Shown in pieces: positions 27,512-36,171 of a DNA stretch of 53,353 bases. Position 1 is the first letter of the stretch; each line of letters starts with the position of its first letter. A model generated the notes under the pieces. It saw only the letters and a program-made list of their open reading frames with translations. It was not told the origin of the DNA and ran no database searches. Origin of the DNA: a virus (lineage: Duplodnaviria; Caudoviricetes); IMG/VR virus record IMGVR_UViG_3300025425_000027, positions 1 through 53,353 of that record; one strand, given 5' to 3'. The position numbers and the translations under genes are program-made.

Positions 27512-27649
27512 TTAGTATCCTTTCTTAGTGTAGCTCTTCTTTACAGCTTTTTTCTTCTTCTTAACAACTTTCTTTTTCATTTTTTTTGCTCCTGACATTG
27601 ATACGTTCTTTCCTTCCGACATTAATTTTCCAAAACTTGCGCGGTTCAT
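27512..27649 (-). CDS. Small Lys-rich protein (45 aa; not in ORF track)
   Basis: Manual translation: MNRASFGKLMSEGKNVSMSGAKKMKKKVVKKKKKAVKKSYTKKGY; abuts the upstream stop. Confidence 0.65.
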   Translation of the reverse strand: MNRASFGKLMSEGKNVSMSGAKKMKKKVVKKKKKAVKKSYTKKGY

Positions 27650-27841
27650 TTATACATTCCCCGCTGATAATTCACGGGCTAAGATCTTGAGCGTATCGGC
27701 AAAGCCCTTGTCCAGCTCTTTAGCCGCCATAGCAAACTTGCGTGGCGATACGTCATCGCTATCCAAGCCACGCCGCTCTAGGAAGCTCTTCGCTGCCCTG
27801 ATTTCTGCCTGCGCTACGCGCTTAACTGCCGCTCTAGCCAT
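27650..27841 (-). CDS. Hypothetical protein
   Basis: GGAGG RBS; coupled to the upstream gene. Confidence 0.7.
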   Translation of the reverse strand: MARAAVKRVAQAEIRAAKSFLERRGLDSDDVSPRKFAMAAKELDKGFADTLKILARELSAGNV

Positions 27842-30800
27842 CTTGGCCTCCTACTTGATCTAACGCACCATAACCTGTCCCAGCGCCAACTGCCAATGGC
27901 ACGGCGTATGTTGGAATGCCTTTTTTCATTATAGCATCAACAAGCCTTTTAGTTAAAGGCAGAGCCGTAACGGCCTCTAATGCTGATGATGTCTCTATCA
28001 CTTTTCCTACTAGCTGTGCGTCTGGATCATAAGATTTTGCTATATCAAGTAGGTTGCTTGGAGCGATTTCACCGTAGAAAGCCCTGTGACCCTCAAGATC
28101 GCCATAGGTATATTTCTTGACCATCTCTGGGTTTGGCAAAGTGATGTAATCGGCCCCGCTTTCAATAGCATCCATCAATTGACGCTTTAAGGTCATGTTA
28201 ACCCATGTATCTGTGCTTTCAATGAAAGGTGCGCCAGTCTTGGTTTTTGAAAAGTTTTGATTGTCGAACCTTTTGAGACCTGACGATAATGAATCTATTT
28301 TAGGGACGTTTTGAGCATATGAATTAGCCCAATCAACATAATCAGAGGGGATATTGTCAGTTGTGAATATGTATTGAGCGAAATCATCTAATTCTGAACG
28401 ATAGTTGCTCATATTTCCCCTGACGTGGCCAAAGAACGTGCGATTATCTAGTAGTTGGTCTGGTCGCCAAACCTGACCATCTCTAACATTATTAATGTCA
28501 ACGCCACTTTGTTTGTTTTTAAAGTCAGCTATAATTTTTTTGTAAATTGCAAGTTTCTCTGGATATTGCTCTCTGCGGAATACAGTACCCAACCCGACAT
28601 CATCACCAAATACAATCCTATTCAGATCATCTTCAGCACCCTTTATTTCGTCACTAAGTTGCTCAGATAAATAACGGTATTCACCCATTTGGATTTCTTG
28701 TTCACGAGTTCTTGGAGTATATTTTGTTACTTCCCCAGTTTGCTTGTCTTTATCTCTAAGGGCTTGAGCGGCATCAGATTGGATTTCTCCAACGTGATAC
28801 GCTGTCCCGCCACCATCGACAGGAAACTCAGCCGTTCTGACGTGAGCAACTAAGTTTGTATCTCTTCCAGTTTCCTCAAAGTGAGTTTCTTTGAAGTAAT
28901 CATCAGGCAATCTGCCTGTCGGATCTCTGAACTGATATGTGGTTTCTGCTGTATTCGTACCGCCTGATGGGAAGTATTTTGTGTATTCTAGTTCGCTTGT
29001 ATCAGCAGATGCTCCTGCATCACCAAAGATCATTCTACCATAAAGCTCTGGATCGTATTGCTCCATTTCATCCAACTCTTCCTGTAATGACTCACGGGCC
29101 ATATCATTAAAGTCAGGAGCGTCAGCCTCTATGGCTGCGTCTTTATCAGAATAAATAGACCATTGCTTGTTCATTGGATTATAGTCTCCAATCCAACCAT
29201 CAGGATATTTTTCAGCCAATGCTGCGCCATCTTCAACGCCATCCATAAACTCTGCGATTTGATCTAAACCCTCATAATTTCCAGCAGCTACATAGTCAGA
29301 TATGCTTTCAAAATCAGTGCCATATTCCCAATCTTGTTCAAAGTTTTCTCGTAACAGATCAAACCTGTCTACAAGATTGTCATCTATGTAGTTTTCCACA
29401 GCCATACGGGTGTCGCCACCCTCTGATCTCAAAACGCCTTGCGCTATTTTTCTTTCTGCTTCCACTAAGTCTTTATTCTCATTTAGGTATTGTATCAGTT
29501 CAGTCTTAGTAACGTCTGTGCGACCTTCAAAAGCCTCATCAGCTCCAGACCATTCCAGCTCTTTAGCTTTAGCGCCGTTCTTTAGCATCCACTTCTTCAG
29601 AGATTTGTACGCACCCTTTTCTTGTGGAAGATTCTCCGCTGCCTTCATTGATGGGCTAAAGGTAGGAATATAACTATTGTTACCAAAAGCGCCTGTCAGC
29701 GCACCCATGTCTGTCTCTTGGCCCACGCTCACATCATTAAGGACACCGTACTGCCTCTCAGCTTCAAGCGCCTCTTGGATCGTGGGCTTGGCTTGGTTAA
29801 AGACAGTCGGAGTGGCGTGTTCCTTTAAGTAATCAAGATCAATCCTACGGCGCATGGATTGATCTATAGGCTCTCCAGTAGCAACTTGGATTATAAGATC
29901 CGCTGCGCGTTCTTCTGCTTCTGTTTTGGGTATCGGCAAATTGTATCTTGCGTACAAATCACGCAATTGATCAGCATATTGAGCATCTGAGATTTGGTAT
30001 ACTGGACCTTTTTCTTTTCTTATGCCAGCTAAATACTCTTCAACCACGCTTGGGGGCTGCCCTGACTCCCTAAGAGTTTGCACACCCAATCGAACAGACG
30101 GATCTTGATACTCTGGGCGACTGTCGAGTGCTATATCAATGCGCTCATTTAACATGCGATCATACGCAGCGTTGGCTTCATCTATCTCGCTGAAGTCAGC
30201 ATCCGTAAGCTCCAAATCATTTAAGAGTTGGTCATCTTCTCGCGTAAAGGCCGCTGCACGGTTTCGAGCCACTAACTCTTCCAACCCGCCGTTAAACCAA
30301 TCAGTGTTTATTGGCTGCACAACATCATCTGGAGCCAAATCTTCATCCAAGATTAGATCAGCTACAGCGTCATCCATTTCCGCGTCTGTAAGTTCGTCTG
30401 GCTGTTGGGCGCGAAGACGCGCACCCAGCTCTTCCATTGATAGACGCGGTGCTTCTATCTCTTCAAAGTTGGCTATGGGTATGAAGTCATCGTCAACGGC
30501 GTCCAGTTGCTGTTGTTGTGCTGCTAAAGCGCCAAATTGTGGCGTATCTGCTGGCATGTCGGGGGTAATTGCCGCTGGCGGTTCAGGCAATCTTTTTGCC
30601 GCTGTGGCAACTTTGGACGCCTTTCCTAGCCTGCTAAATATGCCTAGATATGGAGCTGCATATACCTCTGCAAATTCAACACCAGCCAATAGATCTCTGG
30701 AAAGCCTGTCTTCTTGGTTCTCGGTCTGAAACGGCATTTGCTCTGCCACAAAGCCAGCCCCAGCTCCCAATCCAGAAACAATGGTGCTGAACAACCCAAG

Positions 30801-31142
30801 GCCAGCGTCAGCAATGCCACCATAAACATATTGAGCGCCCTTTGGCCCACCGGGGTAAAAAGCCATCTCTGGCATCATAGTTGCCACGCCTTGCCCCGTA
30901 GCCGCATTTTTAAACATCTGACCAGCGTTGCTTAAATATTCGCCTGCCACATCAAAGCCGTAGTTGCTTAGAGGCTTTTCTTTTTGAGTTGCTGTCGGTG
31001 CTACATATCCAACGGGGTCTGCGCGAGGAACCATAGGGTTTTCAGCGTAATAATTAGTTAAATAATCAGCATATGCCTGCGATGGGATGTTCGGGCTTCC
31101 ATCTTCATTGAATGCACCGTCTGCAAATACTCTTTCAGCCAT
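27834..31142 (-). CDS. Large polyvalent-type internal virion protein
   Basis: ~1100 aa, start reassigned to MAERVF; KELEWSG and HF...AHVR...GEIQSD...APF...LKR domains. Confidence 0.6.
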   Translation of the reverse strand: MAERVFADGAFNEDGSPNIPSQAYADYLTNYYAENPMVPRADPVGYVAPTATQKEKPLSNYGFDVAGEYLSNAGQMFKNAATGQGVATMMPEMAFYPGGPKGAQYVYGGIADAGLGLFSTIVSGLGAGAGFVAEQMPFQTENQEDRLSRDLLAGVEFAEVYAAPYLGIFSRLGKASKVATAAKRLPEPPAAITPDMPADTPQFGALAAQQQQLDAVDDDFIPIANFEEIEAPRLSMEELGARLRAQQPDELTDAEMDDAVADLILDEDLAPDDVVQPINTDWFNGGLEELVARNRAAAFTREDDQLLNDLELTDADFSEIDEANAAYDRMLNERIDIALDSRPEYQDPSVRLGVQTLRESGQPPSVVEEYLAGIRKEKGPVYQISDAQYADQLRDLYARYNLPIPKTEAEERAADLIIQVATGEPIDQSMRRRIDLDYLKEHATPTVFNQAKPTIQEALEAERQYGVLNDVSVGQETDMGALTGAFGNNSYIPTFSPSMKAAENLPQEKGAYKSLKKWMLKNGAKAKELEWSGADEAFEGRTDVTKTELIQYLNENKDLVEAERKIAQGVLRSEGGDTRMAVENYIDDNLVDRFDLLRENFEQDWEYGTDFESISDYVAAGNYEGLDQIAEFMDGVEDGAALAEKYPDGWIGDYNPMNKQWSIYSDKDAAIEADAPDFNDMARESLQEELDEMEQYDPELYGRMIFGDAGASADTSELEYTKYFPSGGTNTAETTYQFRDPTGRLPDDYFKETHFEETGRDTNLVAHVRTAEFPVDGGGTAYHVGEIQSDAAQALRDKDKQTGEVTKYTPRTREQEIQMGEYRYLSEQLSDEIKGAEDDLNRIVFGDDVGLGTVFRREQYPEKLAIYKKIIADFKNKQSGVDINNVRDGQVWRPDQLLDNRTFFGHVRGNMSNYRSELDDFAQYIFTTDNIPSDYVDWANSYAQNVPKIDSLSSGLKRFDNQNFSKTKTGAPFIESTDTWVNMTLKRQLMDAIESGADYITLPNPEMVKKYTYGDLEGHRAFYGEIAPSNLLDIAKSYDPDAQLVGKVIETSSALEAVTALPLTKRLVDAIMKKGIPTYAVPLAVGAGTGYGALDQVGGQDG

Positions 31143-31143
31143 A

Positions 31144-31401
31144 TCACCACGCCTTACATGACCAGTATCTGGCCTTTGTTTTTGGACCGGGTTCATCACA
31201 GTTGTGACGCGCCCTGAAGTTAGATCTGCGGCCCTTCTGCGTTTTCTTGATGGTCATTTTAGGATCGCCAAAGGTAACGCGCTTAATCTTATCACCGTCC
31301 GTCACATATACCACAGACTTCTTCTTGCCGTAAGAAGTTTCGCCCTTGGATATGCGGCGTGGGTTGTTCAGCTTGACGCTCTTACCTTTGTAGGTTGCCA
31401 T
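31144..31401 (-). CDS. Small basic phage protein
   Basis: FGDPKM...RRSNFRARHNC...ARYWSCKAW. Confidence 0.75.
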   Translation of the reverse strand: MATYKGKSVKLNNPRRISKGETSYGKKKSVVYVTDGDKIKRVTFGDPKMTIKKTQKGRRSNFRARHNCDEPGPKTKARYWSCKAW

Positions 31402-31403
31402 TA

Positions 31404-31571
31404 CTAGCTGGCCATCTTCTTAGCTGTAGCCGACAAATCCTTCTTGTGGACTAGAAACTTGCTGGAGGCAGTGTGCTTTGCGCCAGACATAACATTGCCC
31501 TTGGCGTCCTTGTGGGTAGCGCCCTTATGCTCTTTGCCGTTCTTAAAGTAGTGCTTAACGCCTTTAGCCAT
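31404..31571 (-). CDS. Small basic His-rich protein (not in ORF track)
   Basis: Manual translation MAKGVKHYFKNGKEHKGATHKD...SGAKHT; TAATG coupling. Confidence 0.65.
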   Translation of the reverse strand: MAKGVKHYFKNGKEHKGATHKDAKGNVMSGAKHTASSKFLVHKKDLSATAKKMAS

Positions 31572-31720
31572 TATGCTGTTCCCTCTATGATTTCGTCTTC
31601 AATTTGCTGCTCTATGGCTTCGTCTTCAAGATATTCCTGCATGGCGTTGTGCGCTACAAGTTGTTCTTTCAACATTTCTACATGCAAAGAATCAATCTGG
31701 TCTTGCTTGATGATACCCAT
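31571..31720 (-). CDS. Small acidic protein (not in ORF track)
   Basis: MGIIKQDQID...IIEGTA; coupled on both sides. Confidence 0.6.
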   Translation of the reverse strand: MGIIKQDQIDSLHVEMLKEQLVAHNAMQEYLEDEAIEQQIEDEIIEGTA

Positions 31721-31905
31721 TATGCTTTCCTCGCCTTCTTAGGCTTCTTCGCGGTCTTAGCCGCAGCCTTAAACGCGCCCTTGGCTGGTGCGCCCTTGGC
31801 CCCAACCTTACGCATTGTCTCGCCAGATCCAGCCTTGATGCGTTTCTTCTTTGCTGCAATGTTGGCGTATAGTCCCGCTGGTTTTTTCTTTGGTTTCTTA
31901 GCCAT
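31720..31905 (-). CDS. Small Lys/Ala-rich basic protein
   Basis: GLYANIAAKKKRIKAGSGETMRK...GAP. Confidence 0.75.
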   Translation of the reverse strand: MAKKPKKKPAGLYANIAAKKKRIKAGSGETMRKVGAKGAPAKGAFKAAAKTAKKPKKARKA

Positions 31906-33788
31906 TAGATGCCATTCTCCTCTGGAAGTTGCTGATCGTCAGATGGTAGCGTACCAAGGGCAATGCCTCCTAAAGGAACACCAAACATTGTTGTGCCACC
32001 GCCAGCTATAGATCTTTTAGGTCTAGGCTCATTAATCCAGCTTGTGCTGCTAAATCCGCCAGACGCCTCTTCAATTAAATCAAGAGCCTGCTGTTGGGTT
32101 AAGTCACCACGATCAACAGCAGTCCATATGGAGTTTATCTTGGTTTTATTGTCTAGGCTTTTATTGTTGAAAAGACCTCTTATGCCTTCCCAGACAATTG
32201 ATTGTGTTTCTCTAGGTAAAAGCCCACGATCCGCACCAACGGCCCTGTAATCGTCTGCCGTCAAGCCGTACAAGCCTTTTGCACCCGTAGCCTTAGAAGA
32301 CCCGCCAGCCATTCCCAGTCCTTGCGTTGTCAATTGATCAGACCCAGCTAATGGCCGCATCAACCCAGCAGCAATAGCATGAGTGTCAATTGTAACATCG
32401 CCCATATCTGAAAAGGGAACTTCTATATTGTTGAAAAAGTTTCTGACTTTGTGTCTATCGCCCATTGCATCGGAAATGGATCTAAAATCTCCATTGCTTT
32501 CGATTGCTTTTACAGCCTTTTCAATTTCACCAAATCCACCCCAACCAATGTTTGCAGGGACGCCTTTCCCTGTCAAAACAATATCTGCAAGGTCACCTTC
32601 TGGAGTCAAAGCGCGATAGGTTTTAGGGTTGTGAGCTTCATCATATGCTCTAACCCACATTGCTTTTTGCATTGTGTCTTCGAGTTCGTCGTATGTTTTT
32701 CCTTTAATGCTTTCCCATACCTTTGCATTGCCTTTATCTTTAAAGGCTGGATACTTATCGGCCACATCCGTCATTTCAGATGACCAAGGGAAAGTTCTTT
32801 TACTAATTACCGCATCAGCAACACGCTCTGCCAAAGAGGCATTTTTAAACCAGTCCATTTGAGGGGACAGAGCTGCAATTGCTCCAGACATAGACGATCT
32901 AGGTACACCGTACTTGATTGCAAGTTCTTCAGAAAAACGATTTGCACCAACATACCATAATTTTGCCCGGTCTTGGAATTGGGGTGGTAGTTTATCCATG
33001 ACCCAATTTAAATTTTCTTTTTGCATTGCGCTAACAAAATCAGCAGCATCTTCTGGAGGTAAACCCTGTATACCAGCGAAACCGGGGAAATATGTTTCGT
33101 TATCAACATATGGGTTTTTCTTATCAGGATTCTTTCTAGCGTTAGTTAGAAAGTCCATATTCTTTTCTGTTGTGCCGCCAGCGTCCATAGCTGCCTTATC
33201 AATCACAAGACCGCCGCTGTATACTTCTTCAGCAGGAAACACGCCGCCTGTTTTTTCTGTTCCCACGGTAGGAACACGGGTTGATATTCGACCAGTTGGG
33301 CCAAAACTTGGATCTGCGCCGGGAACTCTATTTGTAGATAATTGGCTTATACTCCCAATTGGATTTCCTAAAAGATCAGTTGATCCTACTTTTTCAGCAA
33401 ATATATTGCCACCCATAGAACCTAGCGTACTAGGGTCATACGTTGGCATAGCATCAACGATTTTATTAGCGCCACTAGCAACACTTCTAGCCCCTGCCAT
33501 AATTGCTTTTTGGGCAACGTCACCGATACCGGGGACTAATCCAATGATTGTGGCCGCAGCTCCAACGCCGCCAAGAATGCCGATCAAGGCATAGTTGGGA
33601 TCGTCTTTTTCAAGCTCACTAGCAATCATATCGACTGTTTCGTAAGCACCCTTAATATCACCAACAACAGGAACGAAATCAAGCAGGAGGCTTTTATCCT
33701 CTGCTGTTAGTTTCATAGATTGCTTGCCGACAGGAGCGTTTACAGGTCTAGGCGCATTTTTTGTAGACAAACCACCGATTCTAGCCAT
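31905..33788 (-). CDS. Pre-toxin-TG-like N-terminus fused to a helical DNA-glycosylase-like domain
   Basis: LDFVPVVGDIKG...LVPGIGD; WY...AALSPQ...N; KVRNFFNNI; VTIDTH; ETQSIVW. Confidence 0.55.
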   Translation of the reverse strand: MARIGGLSTKNAPRPVNAPVGKQSMKLTAEDKSLLLDFVPVVGDIKGAYETVDMIASELEKDDPNYALIGILGGVGAAATIIGLVPGIGDVAQKAIMAGARSVASGANKIVDAMPTYDPSTLGSMGGNIFAEKVGSTDLLGNPIGSISQLSTNRVPGADPSFGPTGRISTRVPTVGTEKTGGVFPAEEVYSGGLVIDKAAMDAGGTTEKNMDFLTNARKNPDKKNPYVDNETYFPGFAGIQGLPPEDAADFVSAMQKENLNWVMDKLPPQFQDRAKLWYVGANRFSEELAIKYGVPRSSMSGAIAALSPQMDWFKNASLAERVADAVISKRTFPWSSEMTDVADKYPAFKDKGNAKVWESIKGKTYDELEDTMQKAMWVRAYDEAHNPKTYRALTPEGDLADIVLTGKGVPANIGWGGFGEIEKAVKAIESNGDFRSISDAMGDRHKVRNFFNNIEVPFSDMGDVTIDTHAIAAGLMRPLAGSDQLTTQGLGMAGGSSKATGAKGLYGLTADDYRAVGADRGLLPRETQSIVWEGIRGLFNNKSLDNKTKINSIWTAVDRGDLTQQQALDLIEEASGGFSSTSWINEPRPKRSIAGGGTTMFGVPLGGIALGTLPSDDQQLPEENGI

Positions 33789-33925
33789 TACGTTGTCACC
33801 TTCTTCTTGCCGTATCCAGACGCATAGGTGATCGCGCGGCCCTGCTTGGTTGCTTCGGCTTTAGTCTTGTAGACCTTGCCCTTGCTTCCCCAGCGATAGC
33901 CGCCCTTGACCTTCATCACAGGCAT
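33788..33925 (-). CDS. Small basic protein (not in ORF track)
   Basis: Manual translation MPVMKVKGGYRWGSKGKVYKTKAEATKQGRAI... Confidence 0.65.
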   Translation of the reverse strand: MPVMKVKGGYRWGSKGKVYKTKAEATKQGRAITYASGYGKKKVTT

Positions 33926-33926
33926 A

Positions 33927-34211
33927 TCAGCCCCCCAGAAGTTTATTCATCATCTCATGGACGTTGCCGCCGTCGAGCTTCATGACTTTGACCTTGACAT
34001 CATTGCCATCTGGCATCTCCATCATTTCTTCGTCATCGTACTCTTCTTCGTACTCTTCATCGTCATCGCCCATGCCGTGCTGGCACATCAGGAGGAAGTT
34101 GACCAACTGTTCGTCGCTCATATCCAAGCCGTCAGCATCATGGGCAAAGCCCATTTTATGCTCAAACATCTTGGCGTTGTCTTCCATGTTTTCTACGTTA
34201 ACTTCAGCCAT
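33927..34211 (-). CDS. Small acidic protein
   Basis: AGGAGG RBS; D/E tract. Confidence 0.7.
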   Translation of the reverse strand: MAEVNVENMEDNAKMFEHKMGFAHDADGLDMSDEQLVNFLLMCQHGMGDDDEEYEEEYDDEEMMEMPDGNDVKVKVMKLDGGNVHEMMNKLLGG

Positions 34212-34220
34212 GATGGCCTC

Positions 34221-34691
34221 CTATCGCATTGGACGCGCTTGTGGGCGCATTGGAGCTGGACGTGCCTGTGGGCGCGTTGGGTTAACAAGACCTGCGGCAA
34301 TTGCATCATCCATGCTCATGACGTTGGACGGGGCAACGGTCACGCCGCTTGATGGGCCATATGTTTCGCCGTCTTGGCTGGGCATCTGATTTTGCATTGG
34401 CAAGTTCATCTCGCCTTCGGACATGCCGCCCATTGAAACTTGATCCATTGGCAATCTAGCTTCGCCTTCTGACATTGAGCCAAAATTATTAGCTGGAGCG
34501 TAGCTAGGCATGTTGCCAACAACCGCCTCAAACATCTCGCGCTCACGGTCAGTAAGTGCGCCGCCAGCTTGAATGCGTTGGCCAATCATCATCAATTGCT
34601 CTGATGACTCCTGATCCATATCACCGGGGCGAATGTTTTGAAGAAATGTCATGACCAATCGGTAGTCTGGGTTTTCTGTGATATTAGGCAT
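34221..34691 (-). CDS. Hypothetical protein with MSEGE and RPQARP repeats
   Basis: AGGAGG RBS; repeated short motifs. Confidence 0.7.
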   Translation of the reverse strand: MPNITENPDYRLVMTFLQNIRPGDMDQESSEQLMMIGQRIQAGGALTDREREMFEAVVGNMPSYAPANNFGSMSEGEARLPMDQVSMGGMSEGEMNLPMQNQMPSQDGETYGPSSGVTVAPSNVMSMDDAIAAGLVNPTRPQARPAPMRPQARPMR

Positions 34692-34732
34692 TACGGCCTC
34701 CTATGTTTTTTCTATGCTTACGATGTTTTCAA

Positions 34733-35902
34733 CTAATTTGCTACCACTGAGTTTTGTCTGTCTCTGTATATCCGAAACGCTTCATCAATGTCTTCTTGGG
34801 TCATGTTGGGCATTTGTTGTTGTATGCCCGGCAGAACCTCAGATTGAAACTTCTCATACAACGGGCTTGCATAAACTATTGTGTCTGGGTCCATTGGGAT
34901 TGGTTCATAGCTTGTCATCCGTTCTGGTTGATTTAAATCAGAAATTGGAACAACCGTCCCGCCGCCCATGCCAGTCTCAGGAGGCCAAGCTGCGGTAGGT
35001 TGTTGATTGCCATCATTGCCCATATTCAACGCGCCAATGCTGGCGTCTGTCATGGGGTCTTGCTTTTTGTTCTCTACATAAGGGACAAATCCGTCATCAC
35101 CAAAATATCCCCTGTAAACACCGTCTTTCATATCTGCTTTTGCCCCAGCATTTAGGGCAGCTTGGTGCTGATCCATCATTGCGCGTCTGTCATTAATGCC
35201 GCCTTCAAGCATCTTTTCGCCAAGGTAACCGCCGACAAGTGGGATGGTCAGCCCCGGTAAGAAAGAGCTAAAGTAAGCTGGGTCGCTTGGTGGGATATTC
35301 TCAAGCTGCGACTGGCGTATCTTAAACTTTTGCAGCGCAACGGCATAATCTTGGTTTGACATTTTGCCTTGCTTTGGTGGGGCGTTGTTGCTGAAGTCAT
35401 CAGAGACGCCGTAGATGTAATCTTTAGCTCCAGATTTATTGGTAATGAAGCCACCGCCCGTTAGGGATTGCCCAGTCGCCTCTTCGACTAAGTTTCCGCC
35501 AACGTATTTAGCACCATCAAAAGGTGTAAAAATATTGGCCAAATCTTCTCTGCCAGAGTTTACTGTTGTCAACGCGCCCAAATCTTCTTGGGTGAAAGTT
35601 CTAGGTTGTACACTAGAAGGACGGTTACCACTGATGTCTCTATTGGGGTTATCGTTGCTTGGGTCATTAGCCTGACCCACTGTCCCGTACCAAGTCTTTG
35701 CGCCAGTTTCAGCAGCGCCAGTAGAAGCCCCTGAACTATCAACATTTACAAGTTTACCACCACGGTATTCCATGTTGTCGTCGGGGGTAAAAAAGTTGGC
35801 AAGGCTTTCCTTTAAGCTATTAGTTGGTGGGTTTTTATCGCTACCGCTTGGTGTATTAGCTGAACCAACACCACCAGACCCACCACCACAAAATCCACCC
35901 AT
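34733..35902 (-). CDS. Putative internal virion protein (MGGFC N-terminus)
   Basis: 389 aa; internal repeat LAN.FTP.D...Y.GG.LV. Confidence 0.6.
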   Translation of the reverse strand: MGGFCGGGSGGVGSANTPSGSDKNPPTNSLKESLANFFTPDDNMEYRGGKLVNVDSSGASTGAAETGAKTWYGTVGQANDPSNDNPNRDISGNRPSSVQPRTFTQEDLGALTTVNSGREDLANIFTPFDGAKYVGGNLVEEATGQSLTGGGFITNKSGAKDYIYGVSDDFSNNAPPKQGKMSNQDYAVALQKFKIRQSQLENIPPSDPAYFSSFLPGLTIPLVGGYLGEKMLEGGINDRRAMMDQHQAALNAGAKADMKDGVYRGYFGDDGFVPYVENKKQDPMTDASIGALNMGNDGNQQPTAAWPPETGMGGGTVVPISDLNQPERMTSYEPIPMDPDTIVYASPLYEKFQSEVLPGIQQQMPNMTQEDIDEAFRIYRDRQNSVVAN

Positions 35903-36171
35903 TATACCATCTCCACTTGCTGTTGCTGCGGTTGAGGCTGCTGTGGTTGCGATTGCTGCATCATGGCCTCTGTAATTGCGCCCAGCGCACCGGGTTCACC
36001 CCCACCCATGCGCCGCTTGATCTCCATAACCTTGTCGATCAGGTACTTGTTCATATCCATTGGGGGCTGACCCTGCGGCCCACCCTGCGGATGTGGCGGT
36101 CCACCCTCTTGTGGCAAACCGCCAAAGGCAGAGGGATCGACTGGAGGCAAATTATATTGTGGGGGGTACAT
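35902..36171 (-). CDS. Pro/Gln-rich small protein
   Basis: Overlaps the portal stop; TAATG coupling to the next gene. Confidence 0.6.
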   Translation of the reverse strand: MYPPQYNLPPVDPSAFGGLPQEGGPPHPQGGPQGQPPMDMNKYLIDKVMEIKRRMGGGEPGALGAITEAMMQQSQPQQPQPQQQQVEMV

